Shown: positions 33,897 through 45,700 of the stretch, in pieces
Layout: every line of letters starts with the position of its first letter
Position numbering within the stretch: the stretch's first letter is position 1
Source of the DNA: a virus
Lineage: Duplodnaviria; Caudoviricetes
IMG/VR virus record: IMGVR_UViG_3300044701_002545
Coordinates: 1-60,200 of that record
Direction: 5' to 3' (one strand)
Length of the DNA: 60,200 bases
The notes under the pieces: generated by a model
What the model was told of the DNA's origin: nothing
Seen by the model: only the letters and a program-made list of their open reading frames with translations
Database searches by the model: none
Translations under genes and position numbers: made by a program

Positions 33897-33927
33897 ACCA
33901 TAAATACTTCTAAACTTTTGCGTAATA

Positions 33928-35754
33928 ATGGCAAAATTAGGGATAAGCACAGGAACTATTCCAGATGATGGTACAGGTGATAGTTTATTAGATGGTGCTA
34001 TTAAAATCAATAGTAATTTTAGTGAACTATATACTCTTCTTGGTGACGGAACTACTTTAACTAGTGGTATTGTAACTTCTATCGTTGCTGGAAGTAATAT
34101 TACTGTTTCGGGATCAACGGGGCAAGTTACAGTAAATGCAGCCTCTCCTAAAAATTGGGAAACCACTGCGGCAGGAATTCATACATTAAGTAATGTTGGT
34201 ATTGGAACCACAAATCCAACAAGTAAACTCACAGTTACTGGAAGTGGATTATTTACGGGTGTTGTTACCGCGACAAGTTTCAGTGGATCTGGATCAAATC
34301 TAACTGGAATCGTTACTGGAATAACTGCTGGAGCTAATATTACTGTATTAGAGAGTCCAAGTGGAAACTTTATTATTACATCCACATCATCGGGGAGTGC
34401 TGGCGCAGGTGGAACTTGGGCAACGACAAGTGTTGGAATTCATACTTTAAAAAATGTTGGCATAGGAACCACTAATCCACGATTTGCTTTAGAAGTTGGT
34501 GCTGTTGGTGCATCAGGAACTTCCTTATATGTAAATGGTGATGCTAGAATTACTGGTATTTTGACAGTTGGAACATCAAGTATTACACTTAATGGATCTA
34601 CAAATCAATTACTTGTTGGTACAGGTGTTACAATATACGGCAATACAGGTATTGTTAGTGCTACTAAATTCTATGGTGATGGATCTTCCATAACTGGAGT
34701 AATTGCTGCAGGTGTTGGAATTACTATTAGAGATGGTGGTGGAGACTTAGGATCTGCCGAAGTTATTGATTTTGGCGACAATCTTACTGTTTCTTTTGCA
34801 TCAGGCATTGCAACTGTTACAGGCTCTGCTGGTGGTGGAGGATCATCTCAATGGGTCACTACAGCAGCAGGTATTCACACACTTTCTAATGTTGGAGTAG
34901 GAACCACAAATCCAACAAGTGCTCTTACTGTAAAAGGAAATACTTCTCTCGAAACTTTAAGTGTTTCCGGAGTTTCTACTTTCAATAATCTTAATGTAAC
35001 TGGTGTCTCCACATTTCAAAATGATATAAAAGTTGATTATAACAAAGGATTATATTTTGGTAATGGAAATGAATTCTTGGTTTATCGTTATGATGGACTT
35101 CCATCTGATAAAACCGTAGTTTCTAATTCTGTTGGAGCCATACAAGTAACATCTGTTCAAGGACTATCTATTGATAATGGAACTCGTAATTATGCCATTT
35201 TTGATGATAGTGGAACAGCACTTTATCATACTGCTAGTGATGTTCCAGCAGTTACACTGAGGTATAATACAACTACTAGTGGAACTGATTTTTATAAAGA
35301 TATTACTGTTAGAAATATTTCGGGGTCTGCTGAGTATTTTACAGTAAAAACTGAAGGTGGGTCTAGCACCACACAACAAACTAGAGTTGGTATTGCAACT
35401 ACAAATCCAATCACACAACTTCAAGTTGGTAGATCTGGTACACAATCTGGTTTTGGTACATTTAGTGCATCTGTGGGAGTATCTACTACCATTGATACTT
35501 TTGCAACATCATTCTTAACAGCAGAATATACAGTTCATATTGGATATGGAACTTATATTCAAGCACAAAAAGTTCTTGTGATGAACAATGGATCTACAGC
35601 ATATTCTCAAGAGTATGCAATTATGTATGAACCAAGTCAAATTGTTTCAGTAGGAGCTACTGTTTCTGGTGTCAATGTTCTCTTACAGGTAACACCACAA
35701 ACAGGGGTAACTGGATTAACTACTTATAGATTTGTAAGAAATTCTTTAATATAA
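33928..35754 (+). CDS. Baseplate-attached fibre-like protein
   Basis: gp9/gp10-like N-terminus (GT.PDDGTGDSL..GAIKINSNF.ELY); three W.TT..GIHTL.NVG.GTTNP repeats. Confidence 0.75.
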   Translation: MAKLGISTGTIPDDGTGDSLLDGAIKINSNFSELYTLLGDGTTLTSGIVTSIVAGSNITVSGSTGQVTVNAASPKNWETTAAGIHTLSNVGIGTTNPTSKLTVTGSGLFTGVVTATSFSGSGSNLTGIVTGITAGANITVLESPSGNFIITSTSSGSAGAGGTWATTSVGIHTLKNVGIGTTNPRFALEVGAVGASGTSLYVNGDARITGILTVGTSSITLNGSTNQLLVGTGVTIYGNTGIVSATKFYGDGSSITGVIAAGVGITIRDGGGDLGSAEVIDFGDNLTVSFASGIATVTGSAGGGGSSQWVTTAAGIHTLSNVGVGTTNPTSALTVKGNTSLETLSVSGVSTFNNLNVTGVSTFQNDIKVDYNKGLYFGNGNEFLVYRYDGLPSDKTVVSNSVGAIQVTSVQGLSIDNGTRNYAIFDDSGTALYHTASDVPAVTLRYNTTTSGTDFYKDITVRNISGSAEYFTVKTEGGSSTTQQTRVGIATTNPITQLQVGRSGTQSGFGTFSASVGVSTTIDTFATSFLTAEYTVHIGYGTYIQAQKVLVMNNGSTAYSQEYAIMYEPSQIVSVGATVSGVNVLLQVTPQTGVTGLTTYRFVRNSLI

Positions 35755-35758
35755 TTTT

Positions 35759-37774
35759 ATGGAAGATTTAATTATCGAGAGACAAATTGCTGTTGGGGTG
35801 GGGTCTGATGTTCCTCAAGAATATACAGTGGCCGCAAATAATGAAGAGCAGTGGATAGAACTTCATACTTTGTTAACAAAAGTGACAAGGAGACAATACA
35901 TACCAAATAGAGTTGTAGAATGTGTCTCAGATTACCCTTTCTCCAAAGTAAGAGGTTGCTATAAACTAACCGAAAATGAAGTTGAAGAACTAAAAAATCA
36001 TCCATATATTAATTGGATTCAAAAAGATGGACTTTTTAATCCAAATGTAATCGAACAAGCTAGATTGGATGTTCAGCATCCAGACCATACCCCAATGTCT
36101 TTTGGATATAGGTTTGGCGAACAAGAAATGAATGTTAGATATGATGCTAATCTTAATGCATTATCTGGCGCAGGCTTGACTTATACTCATTGGGGATTAA
36201 TTCGTCATTCAAGCAAAACAAATCAGTTTATTGGAGTAGGAACAACAGCAAGGTATTATTCGGATTTACCATATTCTCTGACGGGTAAAAATGTAGACAT
36301 AGTTGTAGTAGATACCGGTGTTCATTGGGCTCATCCAGAATTTTTGAAACCAGGATATAATTCGGTTCCAGTTGGTGTGGGAACATCGACTGTAACTCGC
36401 GTAAAGGATATATTACTTCACGGTCCAGATGAATTTGGTTTTACCTGGGCAGGTGCTGGATTAACAGAACCAGGAACAGGATCTTTAGCAAACTATACAA
36501 TAGCAAGAGCACTTGAGGGTGTGGATGGAGCAAGTAATACTTTTGGAAATACTGCATGGCATGGCAGCACATGCGCTTCTATGGCTGCAGGCAATCGATT
36601 TGGTTATGCATATGAAGCAAACATTTGGTCAATAGCAGCATCAGATAGAGCAGACATTGGATTTGCGGACACCGCAGATGCTTTTGATTATGTTGCAGTC
36701 TGGCACGATAATAAACCAATAAATCCAGAAACTGGTGTTAAAAATCCAACGATTATGTCATCTAGTTTTGGATATTTGAGAAGAATTGCTTTTCAGGCCC
36801 ACGAATGCACATCTGGCGGAACACTGCTAGGTCCAATTAATACCGCACTACCTGCAGTCAATTGGAATGCTAGTTTTAGAAATGTTAGTTATGGATCAAC
36901 GACTGTTAGAGCAAGTCAGTTAAATGTTCCTGCAATTAATCCCGGATTAAAAACTGATTTATCCACAGTTGTACAAGGTCCTATAGTAGGAAAATATTAT
37001 AGATTAAATTATTACACATTTAATAGCGCATTAACATCAGCGAGAACTAAACTATCGGATCTTTTAGACGAAAGACCTGATATTATATGGGTTCAAGCAG
37101 CTGCAAATAACTACCACAAGTCTGATATTCCGGGAGGTTCTGATTATAATAATTTATTTACCCCAAATGCAAATACAGCAACTTTAGGATCTGGTGATGA
37201 GTACTATTACAATAGACCAGGAAGTCCTCCTGATTATCATCGTGGTTTACCAGATGCTGTAATTAATGTTGGAAATTTTGGCGGCGGAATGTATGATGAT
37301 GATACTGAAGCAAAGTGGTTTACAAGCAACTCTGGACCTGCTATTGATGTTTGGACTTCAGGATCTTACATAATTGGTCCAACATACGCTACTAAACCAT
37401 TTAGTTGGGTAGATCCAAGATCTGTAGGTACTGGGGTAAGTTTTTATCTTGGATTTGATTCTGGAACTAGTTTTGCAGCACCTTTTGCTGCAGGACTGGT
37501 CGCACTATATGCACAAACAAAACCAAATTTAACCAGAGTAGATGCAAGAAATTGGGTTTTAAATCAAGCATCCGTTGGCCTAAGTACAAGTTTGTTTTAC
37601 GAAGGAGAACCAGAAAGTTCTGCTGTTGCTGTTGGAAGTTCTTTAGCATACTGGTCAGATCTAAATGGATTGAGAGGTGCTCCTCGGAGAGTTTTATATA
37701 ATCCATTTGCAAATGCAGACGTTCCAAAAATAACAGGACTGAATATTACCGGACTTAATATAAAACAACAATAA
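35759..37774 (+). CDS. Subtilisin-like (S8) serine peptidase
   Basis: Catalytic D (VVVDTG), H (HGSTCAS), oxyanion N (AAANN), S (GTSFAAP); propeptide-like N-terminus. Confidence 0.88.
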   Translation: MEDLIIERQIAVGVGSDVPQEYTVAANNEEQWIELHTLLTKVTRRQYIPNRVVECVSDYPFSKVRGCYKLTENEVEELKNHPYINWIQKDGLFNPNVIEQARLDVQHPDHTPMSFGYRFGEQEMNVRYDANLNALSGAGLTYTHWGLIRHSSKTNQFIGVGTTARYYSDLPYSLTGKNVDIVVVDTGVHWAHPEFLKPGYNSVPVGVGTSTVTRVKDILLHGPDEFGFTWAGAGLTEPGTGSLANYTIARALEGVDGASNTFGNTAWHGSTCASMAAGNRFGYAYEANIWSIAASDRADIGFADTADAFDYVAVWHDNKPINPETGVKNPTIMSSSFGYLRRIAFQAHECTSGGTLLGPINTALPAVNWNASFRNVSYGSTTVRASQLNVPAINPGLKTDLSTVVQGPIVGKYYRLNYYTFNSALTSARTKLSDLLDERPDIIWVQAAANNYHKSDIPGGSDYNNLFTPNANTATLGSGDEYYYNRPGSPPDYHRGLPDAVINVGNFGGGMYDDDTEAKWFTSNSGPAIDVWTSGSYIIGPTYATKPFSWVDPRSVGTGVSFYLGFDSGTSFAAPFAAGLVALYAQTKPNLTRVDARNWVLNQASVGLSTSLFYEGEPESSAVAVGSSLAYWSDLNGLRGAPRRVLYNPFANADVPKITGLNITGLNIKQQ

Positions 37775-37792
37775 ATAAGAATAAAACCTAAG

Positions 37793-38110
37793 ATGGCAGA
37801 TAAAAGTTTCGGTGTAAAAGAATTAAATCTAATACAACCTTCTGGATCACCAACAATAACTAGTCCCAATAATTTGACCATCAATGCAACTCAGGTTTCT
37901 ATTAGTACTGATGTAAGTATTGGTAATCAAGTTGTTTCAAATATATTAGTTGGAACTGGATATTCTGTTGGCATTGGAACCACAATTCCAAGAGGTACTT
38001 TGCACGTTGGATTAAATACTTCTCAGGGAATTATCTTAACATCGGCAAATGGAACTAGGTATAGACTGTTTGTTGAAAACAGTGGTACGTTAAATACAGT
38101 TGCAATATAA
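37793..38110 (+). CDS. Small virion structural/fibre-associated protein
   Basis: Late promoter upstream; VGIGTT.P...L.V and IILTSANGTRYRL motifs. Confidence 0.65.
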   Translation: MADKSFGVKELNLIQPSGSPTITSPNNLTINATQVSISTDVSIGNQVVSNILVGTGYSVGIGTTIPRGTLHVGLNTSQGIILTSANGTRYRLFVENSGTLNTVAI

Positions 38111-38137
38111 CTACTAAATAGATAAAAAACTCATAAA

Positions 38138-39694
38138 ATGGCAGCAATTATAACTGATCAAATTAGAATATTAAATGCAAAAAACTTTGTTGCTGGAGTA
38201 ACTACTACAGACAACGTATATTATTCTTTTATTGGTCTACCAAATGCCACAGAGGTACAATCTGATTGGGATTCTAATCCACCTTCACCAAAAGATAATT
38301 TTGATGAAGAGAATAATTATTGGGATACTATGATTGCATTGAAAAAAATCAATGCATCTGATGTTAGACAAGTTATTCCAAGGATAACCTGGGTATCAGG
38401 AAATACTTATGATATGTATCGCCATGATTACAGCAGATCAAACACTGCTAAAGTTTCTGGTGCAACAAATCTATATTCGTCACTTTTCTATGTGATGAAT
38501 AGTGAGTATAAGGTTTATATTTGTCTGCAAAATGGAACCAGTCCAGATAATCCTAACGGAAGACCTTCTTTAGATGAACCAACTTTCACTGACTTAGAAC
38601 CTAGAGCTGCAGGTTCTAGTGGAGATGGTTATGTATGGAAATATTTGTACACAATTAACCCATCAGATCTTGTAAAATTTGAATCGACTGATTTTATCCC
38701 TGTTCCAGTAAACTGGGCAACTACAACTAACGCAGATAATTCAGCAGTTAGAGATAATGCGGTAGATGGTTCTATTAAGATAGTTACCATTACTAATAGA
38801 GGAGTTGGGCTTGGGACAGCAAACTCAACTTATACCAGAGTTCCAATCAAGGGAGATGGAACTGGTGCTGAATGCACTATAATCATCAATAACGATCAAA
38901 AAGTAGAATCTATTACAGTATCCAATCAAGGATCTGGATACACTTATGGTAGTGTAGATTTAGAAGCAGGTAATGTTCCTACAGGAACAACGAGGCCAAC
39001 ATTTAATGTCATAATTCCACCAAAAGGTGGACATGGAAAAGACATTTACAGAGAGTTGGGAGCATATAATGTTCTTCTTTATTCTAGAATTGAAAATGAT
39101 ATAGAAAATCCAGACTTTATAACGGGTAATCAAATTTCTAGAATAGGTATTGTTCAAAATCCACAAGCATTTGGATCAACCGATTTACTTTCCTTAGATA
39201 AAGCTAGTGCAGTTTATGCATTAAAGTTGACCGGTGCTGGATATAGCACAGCAGCGTTCGCTGCAGACGCTTATATAACACAAACTATTTCTACTGGAAC
39301 AACTGCAGTAGGTAGGGTTATAAACTATGATCAAATTACAGGTGTCTTGAAGTATTGGCAAGATAGATCAAATGCCGGATTTACAACTGTTGGAGTAGCA
39401 ATCACAACTCCAACATATGGATTTAAACAAAACAGATTTACAAGTTCCCCCGGAACGGGTGGTGGATTAGCAATATCAGGGGGAACTGTAAGTTTGTCCA
39501 TTGATAGCACTTTTACAGGTGTCTCAACCACAATAAATAGTAGGACATACTATCTTGGTCAATCTTTCACTAGTGGCGTGTCAAATCCAGAAGTTAAAAA
39601 ATATTCTGGAAACATTATATATGCTGACAACAGACCATCAATAACAAGGTCATCAAACCAAAAAGAAGATATCAAAGTTATTTTGCAGTTCTAA
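38138..39694 (+). CDS. gp8: Baseplate wedge subunit gp8
   Basis: MAAIITDQIRILNA...VYICL.NG...DGYVWKYLYTI...R.SITRSSNQKEDIKVILQF. Confidence 0.9.
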   Translation: MAAIITDQIRILNAKNFVAGVTTTDNVYYSFIGLPNATEVQSDWDSNPPSPKDNFDEENNYWDTMIALKKINASDVRQVIPRITWVSGNTYDMYRHDYSRSNTAKVSGATNLYSSLFYVMNSEYKVYICLQNGTSPDNPNGRPSLDEPTFTDLEPRAAGSSGDGYVWKYLYTINPSDLVKFESTDFIPVPVNWATTTNADNSAVRDNAVDGSIKIVTITNRGVGLGTANSTYTRVPIKGDGTGAECTIIINNDQKVESITVSNQGSGYTYGSVDLEAGNVPTGTTRPTFNVIIPPKGGHGKDIYRELGAYNVLLYSRIENDIENPDFITGNQISRIGIVQNPQAFGSTDLLSLDKASAVYALKLTGAGYSTAAFAADAYITQTISTGTTAVGRVINYDQITGVLKYWQDRSNAGFTTVGVAITTPTYGFKQNRFTSSPGTGGGLAISGGTVSLSIDSTFTGVSTTINSRTYYLGQSFTSGVSNPEVKKYSGNIIYADNRPSITRSSNQKEDIKVILQF

Positions 39695-39700
39695 AGAATT

Positions 39701-42700
39701 ATGGCTCAACAAACCAACCTCAACGTAGCACCATATTTTGATGACTTTAATCCTGATAGTGATTATCATAGGGTTTTATTTAAACCGGGATATGCTGTTC
39801 AAGCAAGAGAGTTAACGACTTTACAGTCCATACTTCAGAATCAAATTGAGAGGTTTGGTCAGCACTTCTTTAAAGAGGGTGCAAAGGTTATTCCAGGTAA
39901 CACGTCATATAATCAACTGTATTATGCAGTTCAAGTTCAAAACTTGTATCTGGGTGTTCCAGTTGATGCGTATGTAAATCAATTAATTGGAACCACGATT
40001 ACTGGTCAAACTTCTGGTGTTACTGCATATGTAGATAATGTTATCACATCTTCTCAGTCTATAAGATCAACAACTACGTTATATGTAAGTTATATTTCTT
40101 CAAGCACTGCAAATAATTCTTCTCAGACATTTTTTGATAATGAGCCACTGACCTGTAACATCGATATCTCTTCAGGTTTACTTGGAAATACAACTATTCC
40201 TGCAGGAACACCTTTTGCATCTACACTTGCATCATCTGCAACTGCAACTGGATGCTCTTTCAGTATTCAAGAAGGAATTTATTTCATTAGAGGGCAGTTC
40301 GTAAACGTAAATAAAGAAACTTTAATTCTAGATCAGTACAATAATAAACCAAATTATAGAGTTGGTCTCAATATAAGTGAGCAAATTATAAACTCAGATA
40401 TTGACGAGACTCTGACAGATAACTCACAAGGATTTAATAATTACTCAGCACCAGGTGCCGATAGATTAAGAATATCTGTATCATTGTTTAAAAAAAGTTT
40501 AGATGACTTTAATGATAACAATTTCATAGAATTAGCAACTATTGAAAATGGAACAATAAGAACTGTTGTTCAGGGAACACAATATAATGAATTTGCCAAC
40601 GAACTAGCACGAAGAACTTATGAAGAATCTGGTGACTATTATGTAAAACCATTTAAAGTTGCTCTTAAAGAGTCCCTAAACAACGGAATGGGGAATGAAG
40701 GTATATACAACTCGGGTCAGTTTACAGCAAATGGTTCAATACCTTCAGAAAATTTAGCTGTATGTCAAATTTCTCCAGGTAAAGCTTACGTTAGAGGTTA
40801 TGAACTTAAAACAACAAGTTCTACCTTTTTAGATCTACAAAAACCAAGAACAACAAAAACTTTAGAAAATCAAGCAATTAATTATAAAACAGGACCAACA
40901 CTCCGTTTAAATAGAGCAAACGGTGCTCCTGTTATTGGAGTAGGAAATACATATGTATTGAGTCTTAGAGATTCTAGAATTGGAGTAACTTCATTTACTG
41001 CTGCTGGAAAAGAAATCGGAGTAGCAAGAGTATATGATTACAGATTGGAGTCTGGATCATATAATAGTTTGTCTGATTTAAATGAGTGGAATATATCACT
41101 TTACGATATTCAAACAACTACAGAAATTACAATCAATGAGCCCACTAGTTTTTCTGTTCCCACCTTTATAAAAGGTAAAAATAGTGGAGCTACTGCTTTC
41201 ATAAAAGATGCAGTTGTTGCGGGAATTGCAGTTACAGTCTATGAAACAAAAGGAAATTTTGTTACCAACGAACAACTAATTGTCGATGGCATAGAAACTG
41301 GTTTAGTTTCTATTGCAGTTACTTCGTATGGAATTTCTGATGTAAAATCAGTATATGGAGTAGTTGGATCTGGATCAACTTTTAACGCAGATACGATTCA
41401 AAGTACAGGAATTGTTTTAGGACAATCTACTATTTCTGCAGGGAGTGGTGGAATTAGTACAGTAACAATTTCTTCTATTGTAGATCTAATAAAGGTTTTC
41501 AAACCAGGAAACTTAATTTCATATAGCAATTCCTCAGTAACATCAGATCCAATATATTCGAAGGTCACAAACGTAACCACATCTTCTCTAAGAATAGAAG
41601 CAGTTACTGCTGTATCGGGTATTAATAGTGGAGCACTTCCAACAACTGCAACTACAACAACAGATTTATCAATCTTAAGTACAAATCTAGCAGATTCTAA
41701 AGATAATACACTCTACACACAATTACCAAAATCAAATATTTCAAATATCGATTTAGTTGATGGTTATTTAAATATTAGAAAAATATACACTGTAAGTATT
41801 TCTTCAAATCAACTCTCAACAAACGTTCTTGCTGGAGCAAATGAAACATTTTTACCATTTGATGAAGAAAGATACTCCTTAGTAAGATCAAACGGAAAAA
41901 TTGAAGTATTAACGGCAGATAAATTTGCATTTATTAATGGTGGAACAGAACTTCAGATTTATAATCTAGGTTCTAACGATACTGGTGCGAAATTAATAAC
42001 AACTCTTAAGAAGTTAAATCCAAAAGCAAAAATTAAGAGAAAGAACAGAGTAAACAGTATTGTAGTTGACAAATCAAAGTATTCTGGTTCTGGTATAGGT
42101 GCAACTACTTTGAATGATGGATTAACTTATGGTAATTATCCATATGGAACCAGAGTTCAAGATGAAACTATATCATTAAATGTTCCAGATGTTATGTCAG
42201 TTTTGGCAATTTACGAATCATCGGGAACAGCAGATCCTTCTGCTCCAACTATGATCTTGTCCAATATTAATGGCCCAACATTAACAACTGGCGACCTATT
42301 AATTGGTGAAAAAATAACTGGATCAACAAGTGGCGCAGTTGCAGTATTGGCAGAAAAAACTTCAGCAACACAAATTTCATATATCAATAAAAACTCAAAT
42401 CTCTTCCAACAAGGAGAAACTGTAACTTTTGAAGAGTCTGGAATACAAGCAGTTGTTACAACTCTAGGTTCCACGAGTTTTAATATCGCAGCAAATTATA
42501 CTTTCTCACCAAATCAAAAGGGTACTTTATATGATTATAGTTTTATAACTAGAAAATCAGATTCTTTTGAGCCTACAAGAAAGTTAAAAATTTACTTTGA
42601 TAGTGCATATTATGATTCAACAGATGATGGTGATATTACAACGGTAAATTCTTATAGTTCGTTCGATTATTCTACAGAAATTAAAACGGTTGATGGAGTT

Positions 42701-45700
42701 AGAACTACTGACCTCATCGATATAAGGCCAAGAACATCTAACTATACTGTTTCAGAAAACTCAAGATCTCCGTTAGAATTTTATGGAAGATCCTTTAATC
42801 AGTCTGGAAATTCTGCAGCTAATGTTCTAGCATCAGATGAATCCATGATTATTAACTATTCTTTCTACCTAGGAAGAATAGATAGAATTTTCTTGACAAA
42901 GGATGGTCTATTCCAAATAAGATATGGGGATCCTTCAGAAAAACCAGAAAAACCTTTAGTTATTGATGATGCTCTTGAAATAGCAACTATTACATTACCA
43001 CCATATCTCTACAATGTTGCTCAGGCAAATGTTAGATTCCTGGATCACAAGAGATATAGAATGTCTGATATTAAAAAAATTGAAGACAGAGTTAAAAACT
43101 TAGAGTATTATACAACATTATCCTTACTTGAAACAAATACTTCTAATCTGTTTATTCCAGATGAAAATGGACTTAATAGATTTAAATCTGGATTTTTGGT
43201 AGATAATTTTACATCTTCTCTAATACAAGAATCTAAGTTTGGTATTAAAAACAGTACAGATAGAGCAAACAGAGAGTTAAGACCTCAGCACTATACAAAT
43301 TCGATCGACCTATCTCTTGGGCCCGTTGTAAATGTAAATCCAAATGAAGATAAAGAATTTTCTACAGTTGAAGGTATTAATGTAAGAAGATCTAATGATA
43401 TTATTACTCTCGATTATTCTGAAATTGAATGGTTAGCACAAACTTTTGCAACCAGAACTGAAAGTGTAACGCCATTTATGATCAGTTTCTGGAGTGGGGA
43501 TGTTACTCTTACTCCATCTTCCGACACTTGGGTTGATACTGCAAGAATTGATTCCAATATTATTGATGTTGAAGGAAATTACCAGAGCACTTTATTCTCA
43601 GCTCAGGAAACTTATGACTTAGATCCACAAACTGGATTTGCGCCAACTATCTGGGATTCTTGGCAAACTGATTGGACTGGAGTGACTGATGTTTCCACAT
43701 CATCATCCACTTCATCTTGGACGCAAAATAGCAGAGATCAAGCTTGGTCTCCTGGACAAACTACAGGATTACCTCAATTTGGAAGAATTACTGAGACAAC
43801 ATTTTTTGAAACAACATCTTCAGTTACTACAACTACAACTACAGAACAAAGTAGAACTGGAACAACTTATTATGTAACAGAATCTCTCGATCAAGTATCT
43901 TTGGGGGATAATGTAGTTTCTACAGAAATTATCTCATATATGAGATCCAGAAACATTGAATTTGTTTCTAAGAGAGTAAAACCAAATACACAACTATATG
44001 CTTTCTTTGATGGTATCGATGTAACTTCCTATTGTATTCCAAAACTACTAGAAATTAGTATGGTTTCTGGAGTTTTCCAGGTCGGAGAAACTGTAGTTGG
44101 AACAATGCCTGAAATTGGTATAAATGAGAATCTTGGCCAAACTACACCTACAATATCTTTCAGAGTTGCTCAATCAAATCATATGGAAGGATCATATGAT
44201 TCACCTACAGCAATTTTCCCAGAAAATCCATACACTAACCAGGTTCTTTCTGCAAATTATTCTTCAACTTCTAATATTTTAAATGTTGACACATATTCTC
44301 TTGCAGATCAACCAGAAGGATTATATTCTGGTTGGGTCTCATCTGGAATGTCTTTGATTGGGCAAACAAGTGGTGCTCAAGCTACAATCACTAATGTTAG
44401 ATTGGTTTCAGACTTATCCGCAACTTTAATTGGAAGTTTCTATGTACCAAATCCAAACATAGATGTACATCCAAGATTTGAAACAGGAACTAAAGTATTT
44501 ACTTTAGTCAATAGCAATATTAACGACCAAAATTCCGCAACTACTATAGCAGAATCATCTTTCGTTTCTAGCGGAACACTAGAAACTGTACAAGAAAATG
44601 TTCTATCAGTTAGAAATGCAACTATTGAATCTAGACAAGAATTTGATACTCGCACTTTAACTTCTTCATCAACAAGTTCTTCATCATCAGTTAGTTCTAG
44701 CAGTTCTTCAAGAACTGGTATCGTTGGATGGTATGATCCTCTAGCACAATCATTCTTTGTTGATGATGCAGAAGGAGTTTTCCTAACAAAATGTCAAGTT
44801 TATTTTGAATCAAAAGATGACGAGAATACTCCAGTGACTGTTCAGATAAGAACAATGTCTAATGGATATCCAACCACAACAATTGTCCCATTCTCCGAAG
44901 TTGACCTATCACCATCTCAAGTCAATACTTCAAGTGATGGATCTGTTGCAACGACTGTTCAATTTAAAGCTCCAGTTTATCTTGAGGGTGGAAAAGAATA
45001 TGCATTAGCACTTGTATCTACCTCAACTAAGTATCAAGTGTTTATCTCTAGAGTTGGTGAAAATGATTTGCTAACTCAAGCTTATATTTCAAATCAACCA
45101 TACTTGGGATCTTTGTTTAAATCCCAAAATGCATCCACTTGGGAAGCAAGTCAGTGGGACGACCTGAAGTTCAAACTTTATAGAGCAGACTTCTTAACTT
45201 CTGGTACTGTTGAATTTTATAATCCAGAGTTGTCTGAAGGAAACGGACAAATAGCAAAATTAATGCCAGATTCACTCAGTATGAGTGCTAAGAAAATTAG
45301 AGTAGGCCTAGGCACTACAGTTCAGGATACTGGATTAACTCTAGGCAACACTATCTATCAGGCAAATACAAATGCAACTGGAGATTATGTCGGAAGTGCT
45401 GGAATAGCAACAGGTTCACTCAGAGTCATCAATGCGGGTATTGGTTACACACCATCCGCAGGAATTCAAACTTTTACAGGAGTTAACTTAGTCACTATTA
45501 CAGGATCTGGAAGAAATGCAGTTGCAAATGTAACAGTTAATGCGGGATCAATTTCTTCTGCATCCATCACTAACGGTGGAGTTGGATATATTGTAGGTGA
45601 TGTTCTAGGAATTACTACAATAGGATCATTTAATGTTGGTTCTGGTGCAAGATTGTCAGTAAGTTCAATATTGGCTACAAATGAAATAATTCTTGACAAT

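Noticed and set aside
33928-38110. Diversity-generating retroelement or invertible shufflon acting on fibre genes
   Set aside because: No reverse transcriptase or invertase in the window, no adenine-specific TR/VR pair and no inverted crossover sites seen.
43317-43330. TTGGGCCC inside the VrlC-like gene as a 14th element copy
   Set aside because: The downstream AAAGTGT and TAGT blocks are absent, and the site is coding (LGP).
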